IMG/VR virus record: IMGVR_UViG_2799112330_000001
Coordinates: 25,242 to 89,241 of that record
DNA length: 64,000 nt
Direction: 5' to 3' (one strand)
From: a virus
The translations under genes and the position numbers were made by a program. The notes under the pieces are model-generated. The model did no database searches and was not told the DNA's origin. It was given only the letters and a program-made list of their open reading frames with translations. Positions within the stretch are counted from its first letter, which is position 1, and each line of letters begins with the position of its first letter. Below are positions 9,389 to 24,000 of this stretch, piece after piece.

Positions 9389-10405
9389 ATGGATTTAAAT
9401 ATTTTTAAACCAGATGATTCAGATAGAGCTTTTATCGCTTATATTAAGAGAGAAGCTCTATCTGGAATTACATGTCATCAAAACGGTGATGTAAAACAAT
9501 ATTGGTATGATTATTATAAAGCTTTAATGGAATTATGTAAAGCAAGTGCCGAATCTATTGTTAAAGACTCTTATGATTTTATATCTAATATTATATCAAA
9601 ACAAGATTATTTGAGATATAATATACCTTTATATCCTATAGATATTACTAAAAATGATTTTGAAATTATTGATAATGAAATATTATGTCATCATAAAAGA
9701 AGTTTTGATTTAGTTTGGATTTCTGTTCATAAATTAACTGATGAAAAATCTATTTATTATAGAAATGCTTATAGTTTACAAATTAAAAAAACTTTTGATT
9801 TTATTGAAAAAAAAGTTTATGATAAAAAACATAATGATTTACAATATACAATATTTATTTCAAAAGGTGGAGTAATTAATGGTGATTTTATAGATTTTAT
9901 ATTTATTCGCACAAAAGATTATGAAAAAGGTAATTTAAGATTAAATTTACCTATTAATATTCCTGTTTGTGAAGTATTTTTTAAAGATAAAGATGATAAT
10001 AAATCTCTTATTTATGCTGTAGATCATAGAGAACCAAATCTTAAATTATTAATGGAAAAATATAATTGTCCTATTTGTAATAATACTGAAATAAAAGAAT
10101 TAAAATTAAATTTAAGATATTGTACAAATGATATTAAGAAAACAAATTATGATAATATAATTTTTAAACCTTTAAATTTAAATGAAAAAAATGATTATAG
10201 AGTTACTGAAGAAAATCAAAGATATGATTTACATTGTAAATTAGGAGTTATAGCAAGTATAAAAGATGGTCATTTAACAGTATATTATAGTAAAATTAGA
10301 TATAAGAAAATAGATCATACTTATTTTACTTGGTTTACAGGATATACACTTGACCAACTTAAAAGAATTTTAAATAGTAATAACCAAAATATAACATTCG
10401 TATAA
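9389..10405 (+). CDS. hypothetical protein
   Basis: 338-aa ORF with a CPICNN...YC possible zinc-ribbon fragment. No firm motif. Confidence 0.6.
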   Translation: MDLNIFKPDDSDRAFIAYIKREALSGITCHQNGDVKQYWYDYYKALMELCKASAESIVKDSYDFISNIISKQDYLRYNIPLYPIDITKNDFEIIDNEILCHHKRSFDLVWISVHKLTDEKSIYYRNAYSLQIKKTFDFIEKKVYDKKHNDLQYTIFISKGGVINGDFIDFIFIRTKDYEKGNLRLNLPINIPVCEVFFKDKDDNKSLIYAVDHREPNLKLLMEKYNCPICNNTEIKELKLNLRYCTNDIKKTNYDNIIFKPLNLNEKNDYRVTEENQRYDLHCKLGVIASIKDGHLTVYYSKIRYKKIDHTYFTWFTGYTLDQLKRILNSNNQNITFV

Positions 10406-10407
10406 TT

Positions 10408-11448
10408 ATGGGATATTTAAAAAAAGGTCTTCCTTTTAGTTATAAAGGAACTATAGATGTTAGTGATTGTGTAACATCAGAAGATGTTATTAAAAAAGCA
10501 AAACTTGATTGGGAAGTTGCTAAATGTGAAATTGTTGCTAAAATGCCTATGAATTTAAATCCAGATTCTAATAGAGATGGATTTAATTATGGAGGAATGC
10601 AATACACTCCTGTAGAAAGTATGTATGCTACTTATAGAACAGATTTAAATTTTCCTTTAGGTGTAGTAAAAGAAAAATATACTCCAGTGCAAAATATAGA
10701 TGCTTTTAAATTCTTTGATGATGCTATTGGTAAAAATAAAGCAATATGGCAAACCGCAGGATTCTTTGGTAATGGAGAAAAAATATTTGTAACTGCAAAA
10801 TTACCTCAAAATATATTTGTAAATGATGATATAATAGATAATTATTTAGTTTTTGCAACTTCTCATGATGGAACTATGGGAGTTAAAATATTACTTACTC
10901 CTATTCGTGTAGTATGTGAAAATACATTAAATGCTGCATTACAAAATAACGATGCTTATATTTCTTTTAGACATACAGAAAGTGTTCATGGTAGAATTGA
11001 TGCTGCAAAAGAAATATTAGGTATATGTGATGTAAAAATTAAAGCATTAAATGAATTATATCAAGGATTTAATAAAATTAAATTAACAGATACACAAGCT
11101 GCTGAATATTTTGCTAAATTAATTTTAAGTAAATCTGAATATGATAATTTATATCTAACTGGACATAATGCAATGCAACTTGTATTACGTAGTTCTAGTG
11201 CTATGTCTGATGCAGAAATTAGTACACGTAAATGTAATGTTATTGCAGAATTATATTATTATTATCTTAATGGAATAGGTCAAGAACAATTTAGAGGAAC
11301 TGGTTGGGGAGTATATAATGCAGTAAATGGATATTATTCTAATGTAGATAATATTGATGGTGTTAAACGAATGGATAGTCTGTTGTTTGGTGATAAGGCT
11401 AACAAAATTAAACAGAGCGGTGCTTTATTATTACAACTTGCTTCTTAA
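10408..11448 (+). CDS. DUF932-family (phage/plasmid-associated) protein
   Basis: The core TSHDGTMGVKILLTPIRVVCENTLNAAL matches the characteristic SHDGS...R.VC.N block of DUF932. Confidence 0.6.
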   Translation: MGYLKKGLPFSYKGTIDVSDCVTSEDVIKKAKLDWEVAKCEIVAKMPMNLNPDSNRDGFNYGGMQYTPVESMYATYRTDLNFPLGVVKEKYTPVQNIDAFKFFDDAIGKNKAIWQTAGFFGNGEKIFVTAKLPQNIFVNDDIIDNYLVFATSHDGTMGVKILLTPIRVVCENTLNAALQNNDAYISFRHTESVHGRIDAAKEILGICDVKIKALNELYQGFNKIKLTDTQAAEYFAKLILSKSEYDNLYLTGHNAMQLVLRSSSAMSDAEISTRKCNVIAELYYYYLNGIGQEQFRGTGWGVYNAVNGYYSNVDNIDGVKRMDSLLFGDKANKIKQSGALLLQLAS

Positions 11449-11485
11449 TATGATTAATCACACTACGAGGATTCAATTATAGTTC

Positions 11486-11497
11486 CCCTGTAGAATG
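11486..11497. repeat. GC-rich palindrome family copy, intergenic (CCCTGTAGAATG, 2 mismatches)
   Basis: Located between 11448 and 11527. The left arm TCCCCTGTAG is intact. Confidence 0.5.
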
Positions 11498-11526
11498 ATT
11501 GATAATATCTTCAAACATATTTTATT

Positions 11527-11838
11527 ATGAATACAACAATAATTGTTATTTGTTTTATAATAACATGGGTTATTATATTATTATTGTTTATTACTACTCA
11601 TTATAATACTACAGAAAGACTTCGTTCTATACGTCATTATGTTGCTAATTATTCTGATAATTATAGTTATTTTGAAAAAATTAAAAAGCAATATGAGACT
11701 TTAACAAAGAATATAGAATGTTTAAATAAAAAGATTGATAAATATATTGATAAAGTAGAAATTAATAAAGATTATTATCATAAGACAGCACAAAATAACG
11801 AAAATACAGCCTCTTTGAAGGACTCTAAATCAAAATAA
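11527..11838 (+). CDS. small membrane-anchored coiled-coil protein
   Basis: N-terminal hydrophobic helix TTIIVICFIITWVIILLLFITT followed by a charged helical tail. Confidence 0.55.
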   Translation: MNTTIIVICFIITWVIILLLFITTHYNTTERLRSIRHYVANYSDNYSYFEKIKKQYETLTKNIECLNKKIDKYIDKVEINKDYYHKTAQNNENTASLKDSKSK

Positions 11839-11875
11839 TACATTTATACTATTTCGATAATAAAGTCGTGTATAA

Positions 11876-11889
11876 AGCTAAAAATAGCT
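11876..11889. repeat. intergenic AGCTA-N4-TAGCT box (AGCTAAAAATAGCT)
   Basis: On the - strand it reads CGTTTTAAAAGCTATTTTTAGCTT, nearly identical to the 6314-6336 string. Confidence 0.7.
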
Positions 11890-11960
11890 TTTAAAACGAA
11901 AAATTTATATCGATTTGCTATACAAAAACGGACTATAAATAGTCTACTATCAACAAAATT

Positions 11961-12006
11961 GGCTCTTGCAGTACCTTTTCGGGTATTTGCAAGAGCCTTT
12001 TTTTTA
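11961..12006. terminator. bidirectional rho-independent terminator at the convergent junction
   Basis: Stem GGCTCTTGCA / TGCAAGAGCC with an inner CC/GG pair. There is a T9 run on the + side and AATTTTGTT on the - side. Confidence 0.8.
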
Positions 12007-12035
12007 TTAATTTATTTGTTACAGATTATACCAGA

Positions 12036-15000
12036 TTATTCTTTTAATGATTTACCTATTTCACGAAGACCAGCTTGAGCTTTAGAATTACCTGTACCAC
12101 CATTATAATAACTATTTCTAGCACCCATATTAAGAATATTTTTATAAATACGATACACAGGAATATTTCGTGTAGCAAGTACTTCAAGTTTATATCTTCC
12201 TTTATATTGACCTGTAGTATATTTTGGATTAAAATCATCATTAAATAAAATTTCACTTAATATTTCAAAACCTTTCATAATATCTTTAATATTGCTACTT
12301 CCAGCAACTGGACTAGCCCACAAAGAATCAAATTCAGAAATCATACCTGTAGGTAAATACATATAAGCTTCAGAGAACATACGATTAGCAGTATAAAGAG
12401 TATTCGCTAATAATAAATCATCTTTAAAATCTTCATCATCCCACATAGCATACATTCCAATAACTAATAATGCTGTACCAATAATTCCAGCAATATCACC
12501 TATTGCTCTAAGAATATTTCTTTGTTCCCAAGCAGGTAATAAATTCCAATTTAATGAAATATGTGTAATAGTAGCAATAAATGCATGAGCAATATTTTGT
12601 AAAGATTCTAATGCAGAAATATCTGTATCAACAATATTACCGTTTTCATCAATTATTTGTTTTTTCTTTAAATCTAAATTTCTAAATTCTGTAGATAAAA
12701 ATCTTAATAAAGAAGTATAACTACCCATTTCAACACCTTCAAGAAGTTCATTATAATATCCACCTCCACCAAATATTCCACGATATCTTTTCATAATACC
12801 AGGATAAATATGTTTGTGATATTGCATTACTAATGAACCCCAAAATTCATTTTCAATAGTAGCTCTTCCTAATTTATCATATACACCATGAATCTTTTTA
12901 TTAACATATATAATTCGTCTTGTAAATTCTTTAAAAGTAGTATTTCCTATAGTACTATCTAATTCTCCAGTTGAAGGATTTATATTAAGTTTAGAATCAT
13001 GTTTTATTCTAGTAACTCCACGACCATCTCCATTTTTGTTAAGTTTAAATTCAAATTGATCAATAAGTCTATCTTTAGTTTCAAATTCTTTTTTAGCTTT
13101 TTCTATAGCTGATTTTCTTCTTTTAATATATTCATTTGCTAATTTAGAATTATCATTTGCTTGTCTAGTTATTAACTGTATAAAATCCATACATATATCT
13201 TTTTTAAACGTATCATAATCATATTGAACTTTTTTATCTTTCTTTATATTTTTAATATAATTATTAAATAATGTAATTATAGAAGTACTATTAATTTTAT
13301 ATGAATCTCCCCATTCTGTTATAATTTCTTTTAAAGTTTCTATTTCTATATCTCTCATATAATCATTTATATTTCCAATTCTATATCCTCCATTTCCATC
13401 TTCATAAATTCTAGCATCTTCAATCATAGCGAGAGCTGCTGTATTTTGCATAAAATGTTCACCCATACTATTAGGACTAAATAAAAAATCATTTAATCTT
13501 CTAGCAAATTCAACAGCTGTCGCAGATTTAACAAGTTCTCCATTTATTTCATCATAATCTACTGCATTTATTAATTTTATTAATCCATTAGTAAAACTAC
13601 TAGCGTCGTCATAATACATATCAGCAATTGCAGATAATACATTTGCTCCATATTTAGCTTCTGCTTTCCACCATGCTTTATTACTAAAATATTCTCCTGC
13701 AAATCGCTCTGCTAAAATATTAACTAAACCTGTACTTACGTTAGCAATACCACCATGTATATTTAACATCATATATTTAGAACTTGTAAATCCTTGTAAC
13801 AAATTAGCAGCACCAGTTAATTTATGTTGTTTTTTATATTCATCATATATAACTCTTCTAGCAAATGTTTGCATAATTTTAAAAGCATGTTCTTGTTTTT
13901 CAGTTAAATATTTTATCATTTCAGGATTATTGCTAGAATTTTTATTAACAATAGGTTTACCTGTAATACGATTTCCTTTTATGGCGTCATTTTCTAATAA
14001 ATCTTCTAATAAAAGATAAAGACTATTTTTTGCTTTATTTCTGGCTAAATAATTTTCTCCATTTAAAACTAATTGACTATATACTTCTCTCCAATTACGA
14101 TTTAACATTGCACTATCTAACTCTAAATTATTTTTATGTATTTCTTCATTTTCTTTTTTAATATCATTTAAATATTTACTATATTGTTCGTCTGTCTCTC
14201 CTTCATTTCTAGGTCTTGCTTTAACTCTCTCTTTATATCCTTCATTTTTCAACAATTCAAACATTTGAAAATCTGGATCAGAATCATATAAATATCCAAT
14301 TTCTTCATGCCATTTATCATTAGCAGAACTTCTATAATTTACACCTAATATATCTAATACAACATTTCTTCTAAATTTTTTATCAGCTCTATGTTCCATT
14401 AATCTCGGAGCATAAGTATCAGCAAAACTTCTTTGTCCATTATTAATAACATATTTTCTTGCTGTATTTATTAAAAAATTAAGCATTTTTATTTCATTAT
14501 CGTTTAAATTAGCTTTTGAATATTTTTCATTTATATATTTTTTATCAGCAGTATCTTCTTTAAAATGAGAGCCATAAGTTTTATAATTTGGATTTCTATA
14601 GTCAACTTCATCATCATGCCTCGGATTTCTTTCACTATTATCAAATGTTGGAATATATTCATATTTGTTTCTACTTACTTCATTTTTAATTCTCATATTA
14701 GACCAAATAGGTATAGTTTCATATCGTTTAGTAAATTGATTATAAATATGATTTGCTTCAAACCATTCTTCAAAAGCTCCATTGTTAACCGCATTATCCC
14801 AAGCTTCTTTATAATATTCATTTGTTACATATTCAATATTTTCATCAATAAAATTTCTTGCAGCAGTTTTTTCTTTATCTATATATTTATCTTTTTGAGA
14901 TTCAATAGGAGATCTATATCCATAAAATAAATATTCAGGCACATATGTATTATCTTCCATAACTAAATCACCAGTTTCACTATCATGTTCAACGAACATT

Positions 15001-18000
15001 TGTAACCATATTGCAAATTTTGCAGGTTCAGATGTTTGAAAATGAGATTTAACAGTTAAATAATCTGCTTTAAAAGATTCATTATCTGTAACTTTTTCAG
15101 TAAGCGCTTTAAGTCTATTTCTTATATCTTTTGGTAATTTTTTACCTTTTATTTCTCTAAGTTCATTTATTTTATCTCTTAAATTTCTTAATTCTTCTAT
15201 ATTCAAATGACTTAATAATAATATCATATCTATACCTTTAGAAGTAACAGCATTTGCATTAACAAATATTTTATTTATTTCTTTAATTTTTTCTAATTTA
15301 TCAGCATTTTGAGAAAAATGTTCTCCACCATACACATCTAAATAAAATTTATCTTTATAAATAGGTTTTTTAAATCTAACTTGATTTATTAAAGCATCAT
15401 CACTTAATATAGAAGCATTAGAGCGCAATTTAGAATTTTCCATAGCATTTTTAATACCACGTTGTTGTTCTAATGATAATTTTCTTCCATCAATTCTACC
15501 AAATTCATCAACAAAACCATTACGTTTACACCAAATAGTAATATTTTTAAAAGTAGAATGTTTACTTCCTCTTAAAATTTCATAATTTTTAGAAATTTCT
15601 TTTAATGTTTTTTCATTTATACTATATATAGAATTTTTATTTACCCATACATATGCTTCTTTATAAGAAGGATTTTCTAATTTAGCATTTAAAGAAAGTC
15701 CTGGATGAAGTTTATCAAATTCAGAAATAATATCTAAATAATGACGAATAGTTTTAACCCATGAATCAGTAGGCTCATATTCTTTATATTTAGAATTTAT
15801 TTCTTTTAACGATTTTATATAATGATTAAGTATTTGTGCTTGTCTATCGATATAAATATTATCAGACGACATCGAAATTATTTCTCCATCTTCAGTTGTA
15901 TCAAATTCACCTTTAGTTTCTTGTGTTAATTCAGATAATCTAGAATGTATTTCTTTAATTCTTTTTATATCACTTTCTGTCATAGCAGAAGCATCATATG
16001 TAAACCCAGATAATTCATCTTTAAGTTTATTATATTCAATAAAATAATTAATAGCATTTTCTCCATTTATAGTTTCATCACCATATAAAATTCTTCTAGT
16101 AGCTTCATTTATAGCATCATAATATTCTTTTACTAAAAGTTGTTCAACATTTTTAGCAAACCATTCATCTCTTTCTAATTTTGCTTTTAACGCTTGTTCT
16201 GAATATTTACCATATTTAGCCATTGCTTCTATATAATTATCTATAACAGTTTGTTTATCTTCAAAATATTTATCATTATATTTTTGTATATATTTTCCAT
16301 GTTCATCTATAATTTTATTCATATCTATATTTCCAGATTTCATTATATTATCATATTTTTCTTGAAATTCTCTAACTGCATCTGGAGCTTCAATATCTCT
16401 AACTCTATCTATAATACCATAAACAAGTTTTAAAACTGTTTGTATTTGTTTATTATTTGTAAATCCTGCATCAGCAATTTGTAAATCAAACCAATTTATA
16501 TCACCAAACTGAGTACGAAGTTTTATTAAATCATGTCTAATTAATGGATTATTTGAATATTTTTTAGCAATATAAATATTAAATATATTACTAATCGCTC
16601 CATTTTCACCATTAAGAAGATTATTATTTCTAATTAAATTTATAGACTTTCTTATAGTTTCTATACTTTTATTAATAATTTCATCCTCTACTTCAACGTC
16701 TAAACTAAATACTTCACCTATATCTCTACCAAAATTTTTAGCATTGAGAATTAACGCAATCAAATCATCATAATATTCAGGATATTTTAATAATTCTTCA
16801 TATAAATTTGGATTACCAATATTAAAATCTTTTTTATTTTCTCCTTCACCTATAACATAATGTTTCATTCTATCTAAAAGAAGATTTGCTTCTTGTTCAT
16901 AATATGAAGCTGCAGAAACAAATATATTTCTTTTATTTTTTATAACAGAATCTTTATCATCTACAATTAATTCACCAGTAGAAACTTTTCTAGCAAATCT
17001 TTGTATTATACTATTATCTGAACGTTTTGAGCGATTATACATTCTTTTTGCTAATTCTCCAGCAAATTTATCTATAGGTTCAACTTTTGAGTCTAAAGGC
17101 CTACTTACATCATCTTCATCTATAAGTAAATTAGTTACAGCTGCTTTAATTTTTCTTTCATTATCTTCTTCTTTAACAGCTTCATTTAATTCCTCATCAG
17201 TTTTATATCCAATTTCTACACTCAATAACATATGTTTATCAGCAAATTTATTTTTAAATAAATAATCTATTAAATTATCTTCAGCTTTATTAGAGGTATA
17301 TTTTTTCTTACCACTTATAGCATTATCTCTTAAAATTCTTTTAAGACTTTCTAAGTTTTTACGTTTATAAGGTTTTATTATTATTGTATGAAGTTCTCCA
17401 TCAACAAGTATATCTTGAATTATAGAAGTATTTTCTTTAAATAAATTCATTAAATAAGGATTTAAAGTTGCAGCAACAGTATATTTCTTTATATCATCTC
17501 CTTCTACAGGGGTTTTAATAAAATCAGTTATTTGTTCAATAAACATTTCTATTCCTTTTTTAGAACTTTCATCTCCTTTTTCTCCATTTAATATTTGTTG
17601 AAATTCATCATTTTCCATTTTTTCAGCAGCATAAACAGGAATTTTATAATTTTCTACTTTATCTTCAGCTGTCGCTCTATTTTCATATTTATATTTATCT
17701 AAATCTACAGTAGGTAATACTTTTATAATATCTTTAAATTGAGTTTCATAATACTCGTGTTTATATAAAGGATTATTCTCTTCTTTTACAGAATAATCAT
17801 TATATTCATTTTCTTCTAATATTCCAATAGGATATAAATATATTCCATATAAAGCATTTTCTATTTCTATTCTTTCTACTTTATATAATTCAATTTTATC
17901 ATTCTTTGATTTTATTTTTACAAATCCTTTAGTTTGATCAGAACCTAAAATTTTCTTTATCAAAGATTGATTTGGACTATTTTTATTGCCTACTTTTATT

Positions 18001-21000
18001 AAAACACTTCTATCAGAATTTGTACTATTATAAAATATACTTTTTTCACTTGAATTTGTATCTTTTGAAATAGTAGTATTTAAATTTAATTCTTTTATAA
18101 ATGTATGATGTTGTCTAATAAATCTTTCTATAAATGTATTTCCAGATTTTTCTCTAATATCTATATCATGCAATTGAGAGCTTAATTCTTCTACAAAACT
18201 ATAATTAGGATTAATTGTAAATCCATAATCATTATTAGATGTATAAAGAAAATCATTTGTTATAATTCTAGAAATTCCACCAAATTTAAAATTATCTCCT
18301 TCAACAATAAATGCATATTTAACTAAATCTGCAGCAGCTAATTTAATTAAAGGATTTTTACTAAATGCAGCTTTTCTAAAAGCAGAATATAAAATTTCAA
18401 CATCATTACCAAATTTAACTTTCAGGCTATTTATGTTTACCCCGTAGAGGGAATAACTGCCACGAGAAATATAATTTGTTTCAATATAATTAAATATTTC
18501 AGCATTATTTCTAAAATGTAATTTAATCCAATCTACTTTTTGTGCAGGAGTTAATTTACTAAAAGCTTTAATTTCTTCTTTTGTAGGTTTTTCTATATTA
18601 TTTACTTTAATATCCCTATATCCTTGTACACCAAATCCAAAAATTCTCATTTTTTCTCTATTCCAATAATTTGCATGAGGTGTAACAGTATTAGCATCGT
18701 TTTCTGTATTTTTTTCAGAAATATCTAAATTTTCAATATCCGGAATAAATCTATTATATTTATCTACAATTAAAGGTGTAACAAGAGTTTTATTTTCATT
18801 AAATACACTGCTTACAATATATTTTTTATATTCTTTGTATTCATCATTTGTTAATCTTCTACCTAATTTATGTTCTATTAATTCACATAAACTAAATGTT
18901 TTATTATCATTAAATAGTTCTACTAATCCATAATAACCTAAACTAAATTCAGGACTTTCTAAGTCAAATAATTGACTATTTATTACAACAGATGGAATTG
19001 TAGTATACTTTAAAAAACTTGCTAAATATTCATAAGAACTATCTTTTTCTCTTAATCCACTACGTTCAAATAAACCTGGATACAAAGATTGTAAAAATGG
19101 AATATCTTTATCATTTGTAATTTCAAATATAGCATCATTATTTGCATTAAATCCATAATTATATATATTTATTAAAGCTTCTTTAGTATCATGAATAGTT
19201 TGTTTTGCACCAAATTTATCAGGATTACAACATTGAACTAAATTTTCTATATTTTTTGTTATACCATTTAATTGAGAATAAATAGAAAGAACTTGAAATT
19301 GATGTAATAAAGTATCATTTCCATTTAATGCATTATATAAATCTTTAACGTTTATTATATTTTCATCAGAAAGTTTAAAAAATTCTTTTCCCTTTTTTAT
19401 AACTGTTTTTAAATCAGAATAATTACTAACTTCATTATATCCAGCTTCATTTAATATTTGAACCATAGTTTCAACTATAGCATTATTATTATCATTTATA
19501 TAAATAGATTTATTATTATTAAAATTTTTAACTAATTTAGTAATAGCAGGTTGAGCCAAAAATCCTATAGCTGTGCTATAATCTATTCCTAAGTCTATTA
19601 ATGTTTTAAATATTCCAAATGTGTCTTCAGTTTCATTTATAATAGCACCTTCTTTTACAGCATCGAGAATATGAGCAGTTGTTTCAGAAGAATATACTGT
19701 CATTAAACGACCTAAAATATTGCGATTTGTAGTTTTACCATTATGTGAATGCCATCCTAGTTCATCATGAGCAACAATATATTCATCATCATTACTTTCT
19801 CTATATTCGTTATATAAGCTTTTTAAATTATCTTTTTTATCTTTTAAAGTTTCTCCTTCAAATATATCTTCATAAGATTTTTTATCACTATTATATATTT
19901 GCTGATTTAAATCATAAGCTACTAAAATAGGAGTTTTTAATTTTCCATGTATTTTATTAGAAACAGATAAAAATGTATCACGTTGTACAGATAGTGCTTT
20001 TAATCTAGCTCCCATAATAGCATCTTCAAAAAATTGAATTTGTGTTAAAGTATTTGCAACAGCTTGATTATGTTTTGATTTTATTGCTTCAAGTTTAGAG
20101 ATAGTTTTATTAACAGCAGTTATATCATCAAAATTAGAACGTGACATATTTTCTTCAAATGAAGAATCATTTTTAAGTATCTCTAAAAAATTATCTATTA
20201 TATTATTATTTCTTGCTTCTCTAATTTGTTGTTCTAATATAGGTAATTTTATAAATTCGTCATATTTTATAAGATTATATTCATTTGCTAAATCGTTTAT
20301 AGCAGATAATAATGCAGCGTGATAAGATTCTTTTTCAGATTCTATTCTATTCCAATTATCAGATATATTATTTAATTCATTTGTAATAGCTTTTCTATCA
20401 TTTATTATATCTATTAGTTCTTGTATAGAACTTTTAATTTGAGGATTAATTTTAGGACTTTTTAAAAATATTTTAAATTGTTCAATATAATGTTTATCTC
20501 TTATTTCTAAATCACCATAAGCATCATTTATTTTTTTCATATTTCTGCTAATCATTTCTTTTATATTAGCAGGTAATGATTGAATTAATTCATTTTGTTG
20601 TTTATAATTATTTTTAAAATAATCAGTATTTTGTAATTTAGCTTGTATATTATTAATATCTTTTAAAATATTAGATATATTATTTCTTTTTTCTTCATTT
20701 AAAAGTTTATTATCTTTGTTTAATGTATCTTGTAATGTTTTTATTCTACCATTTTTAATTAGTTGTTTTATATAAGCTATATATCTATTTTCTCTATCTA
20801 ATTGAGTATCTTTATTATTTTCATTTATTTTTTCAAAATTTTTAGTTTTTTCATTATATCTAAAATTATGACATATACCATAAATAGAGTCAACATCAAA
20901 GTCAGAACCTGTTTGAGTAACCCATTCATTAGGAACAAATATTGTACTACCATAAATATCATCGACAAAACCAACAACTTTCATTATTGCAACAGATTGT

Positions 21001-24000
21001 TTTCCTTCAGTAGGAATACGATAGCCAATATGTTCTAATAATTTAGCATCATTTAATTTTTTAAGAATTTCTTCATCAAACTTTTGTTGTTCTTTTTCTA
21101 TTCTAGTATAATATACATCATTACTTTCATTTTCTTTTTTAGGCGTACGTTTATATTTAGGAATATTCATACTCCAACGAGGAATAAGAACTTCTATATA
21201 TGGAACATAATTTCCTTTCTCGTCACTATGATATTTTAATGTACGTATTTTTCCAGTAGTATCTCTAACACCTGTACCTACACCTGATACTTGTGCCATA
21301 TGCCAACCTGGAAGAGTTTGTTTTCTAACTGAAGAATTAAACAAAGCTTGAGTAACACTTTCTTGTTTTTCACTATTTATATTCATAAAATTAGGCATTT
21401 TAGGATAGCCAGCAGTTTCATCTATTTCAAAATATTCTTTAAAATTACTATCCATTCCAAGTCTTTCTGCTTCTTGTAATGCTCTTATATAGAATTCTCT
21501 AAAATCAAGTAATTCTTTTCCATTGCTACGATTAACAATTCTTCCAGTATTTTTATCAATCATCCAACCCATATTAAAAAGCATTTGATCATAACTTGCT
21601 TTAATATTAGTTGAAAAATTAGTTATAAATGCGTTTACAAATTTATCTACATCTTCTGTAGCATTATCAATTATTTTCTTTGTAATTTGTAAACCTGCTT
21701 TATTAACTTCATCTTTGGTATGTTCAGCTACATCTTGCTGTTTCCAAAGATTTCTATAATAATAATCTTCTACTACATTATAATTATAATTTCTATTATC
21801 TCCATCTAAAGGGGAACTAATTTGAGAAATAAATTCATCATAATTAACAACTTTTTGATTATTATCCCAAAATGTTAAAATATCTCTATTGGCTGCTTTA
21901 GAAGTTTCTATTGTATTAACTTGATCTATACCAGCTTCAACCATAGCGTTATATAATTTCTCTAAATCAGTTCCAACTAATAATTCAGGAATAAGTACAA
22001 ATTCAGCATTTTTTATTTGACGAGGATACATTGTTCCTGTCTTTTTATCTGTTTGTATATCAAAATAAAAATTCTTTTGTACTTGTATTCTTTTATTTAT
22101 AGAATTAATATCAACGTCTGCAAGAGTTATTTCTTTAGAACGAAGTTTATTAATAGTTTCAATTAAATCTTTATATTCATTATAAGTGCCATCAGCATAC
22201 CTACGTCTTATCCATTCTTCAAAAGTTATATACGATTGAGCATCATTAACTTTAGTTTTAGCATTAGTAAAAGCGTCACTTAAATAATTTACTAATCTAT
22301 TAGCAACAGATTTAGAAACAATACCATCTGCTACTTTTTTATCCATAGTTTTTTGCAATTGTTTTTTAATAATATCTCCTTGCTCACTTGTTTTTACTGT
22401 ATTTTCAATAGTTATTGCTCTAAAACCGTTTCTTGCATATATAGGAACTTGTTTAATTATCCATTTTTCTTTTCCATTTTCATCTTTAGTTCTAACTTTT
22501 ATATTAGATGTAGTTATTAATTCTTCTTTTCCGTTATATTTTAAATTATGTATATCTGTTCCAGGTTGCTCATAAATATCACCACCATAATAAACTTGTC
22601 CACCAGCTTGAACTTCTTTTGCTCGTTTTAAAAAAGTACGTATATCATCTTGACGATTACCTTCATCGTCTTCAGACCATTTATTATAAAATTTATTATC
22701 ACCTGTAATTATAGGTTCTGTGGCAAGTCTTATATAAGTTGTCGCTAAAACAAAATTAACAACATCTAAGTTTGTTTTATTTAATTTTTTAAGATTTATA
22801 TCCAATACATTAGAATATTCATTTAAAGCATCTGTAGTATCTTTTTGAAATTCCATTAGCCAATCTGATACAACATCATCTAAAATATTATCTATTTCTT
22901 CAGTATATTTAAAATCTACAATAACTTTTTGTCCTTTTTTATTTATATTAAGTTTTATAATATCAGAATCTTCATTTATATATAAATTGTCTTTATCATC
23001 TGTATAAAATAATGAATTAGTATTTACATCCCCGTAGAGTGATAATTTATTATTTAATATGCTATCTACATCAAAATTACCAATTTTAAATAATTTATCA
23101 AATCTAAAGAAATTACCAACTAATTTTCCATTTTCTATTATTTTATTGCCTTTTCTATGAACTAAATTAATAAGTCCTTTTTTAGATTTAGCTATTTTCC
23201 AATTGTTTCCACCAACTTTATCATTATCTTCAGTTTCTATAACATTTCCTAGTTGATGTATATAATTATATAATTCAGATTTTAATAATTGTTTGTAACC
23301 TAGAAATATTTCAGAATTTTTATTTATTTTTCTTTCTATAGAATTCTCTTCAATTTCATTTTCTATAATATTATTTTTAAATATGCTTACAAATGTATCT
23401 GTTAATGTATCTTCTAAAAATTTATTTTTTAATACATATAAATTATTAATTTCACTAAATTTAAATATTTTTTTACTATTATCTACATATTCTATTTTCA
23501 TTTCTAAATAAAATGTAGTATCGCCTTCTTTATAAATTATTGGAACAGTAGAAACCCCATTACTATTTTTAATCGAGAAAGCATAACTTCTATATGTATC
23601 ATTATTTTTACCAATTAATGTTCTAAAAAATTTAGATTTGTCAAAATTATGTTGTTCTCCAAGTCTGTTTAATTTATTATTTAATTCATATTCAAAATCA
23701 GTTTTAGCCAATTCATTTATTTTTGTAACTTTATTATTATAAAGTGATATAAATTTTGCAACAGCTACAGAATCTTTTCCATCATAACTAAAAATATCAT
23801 CTGTTTTAATAGGAGGAACAGACATTATATAATTTTTTTGAGCATCTGATGGAGTATCTAAGAAAAATGCTAATCCTTTTTCTTCTGTGCCTGGTTGATT
23901 AATACCATTAAAAAATGCTAAAAGTTGTGTAAAGAAATAATCACTTTTTGTAGCAGATTGATATGTTACTGATTGGCTATAATCTGTTTTTTGAATACCA

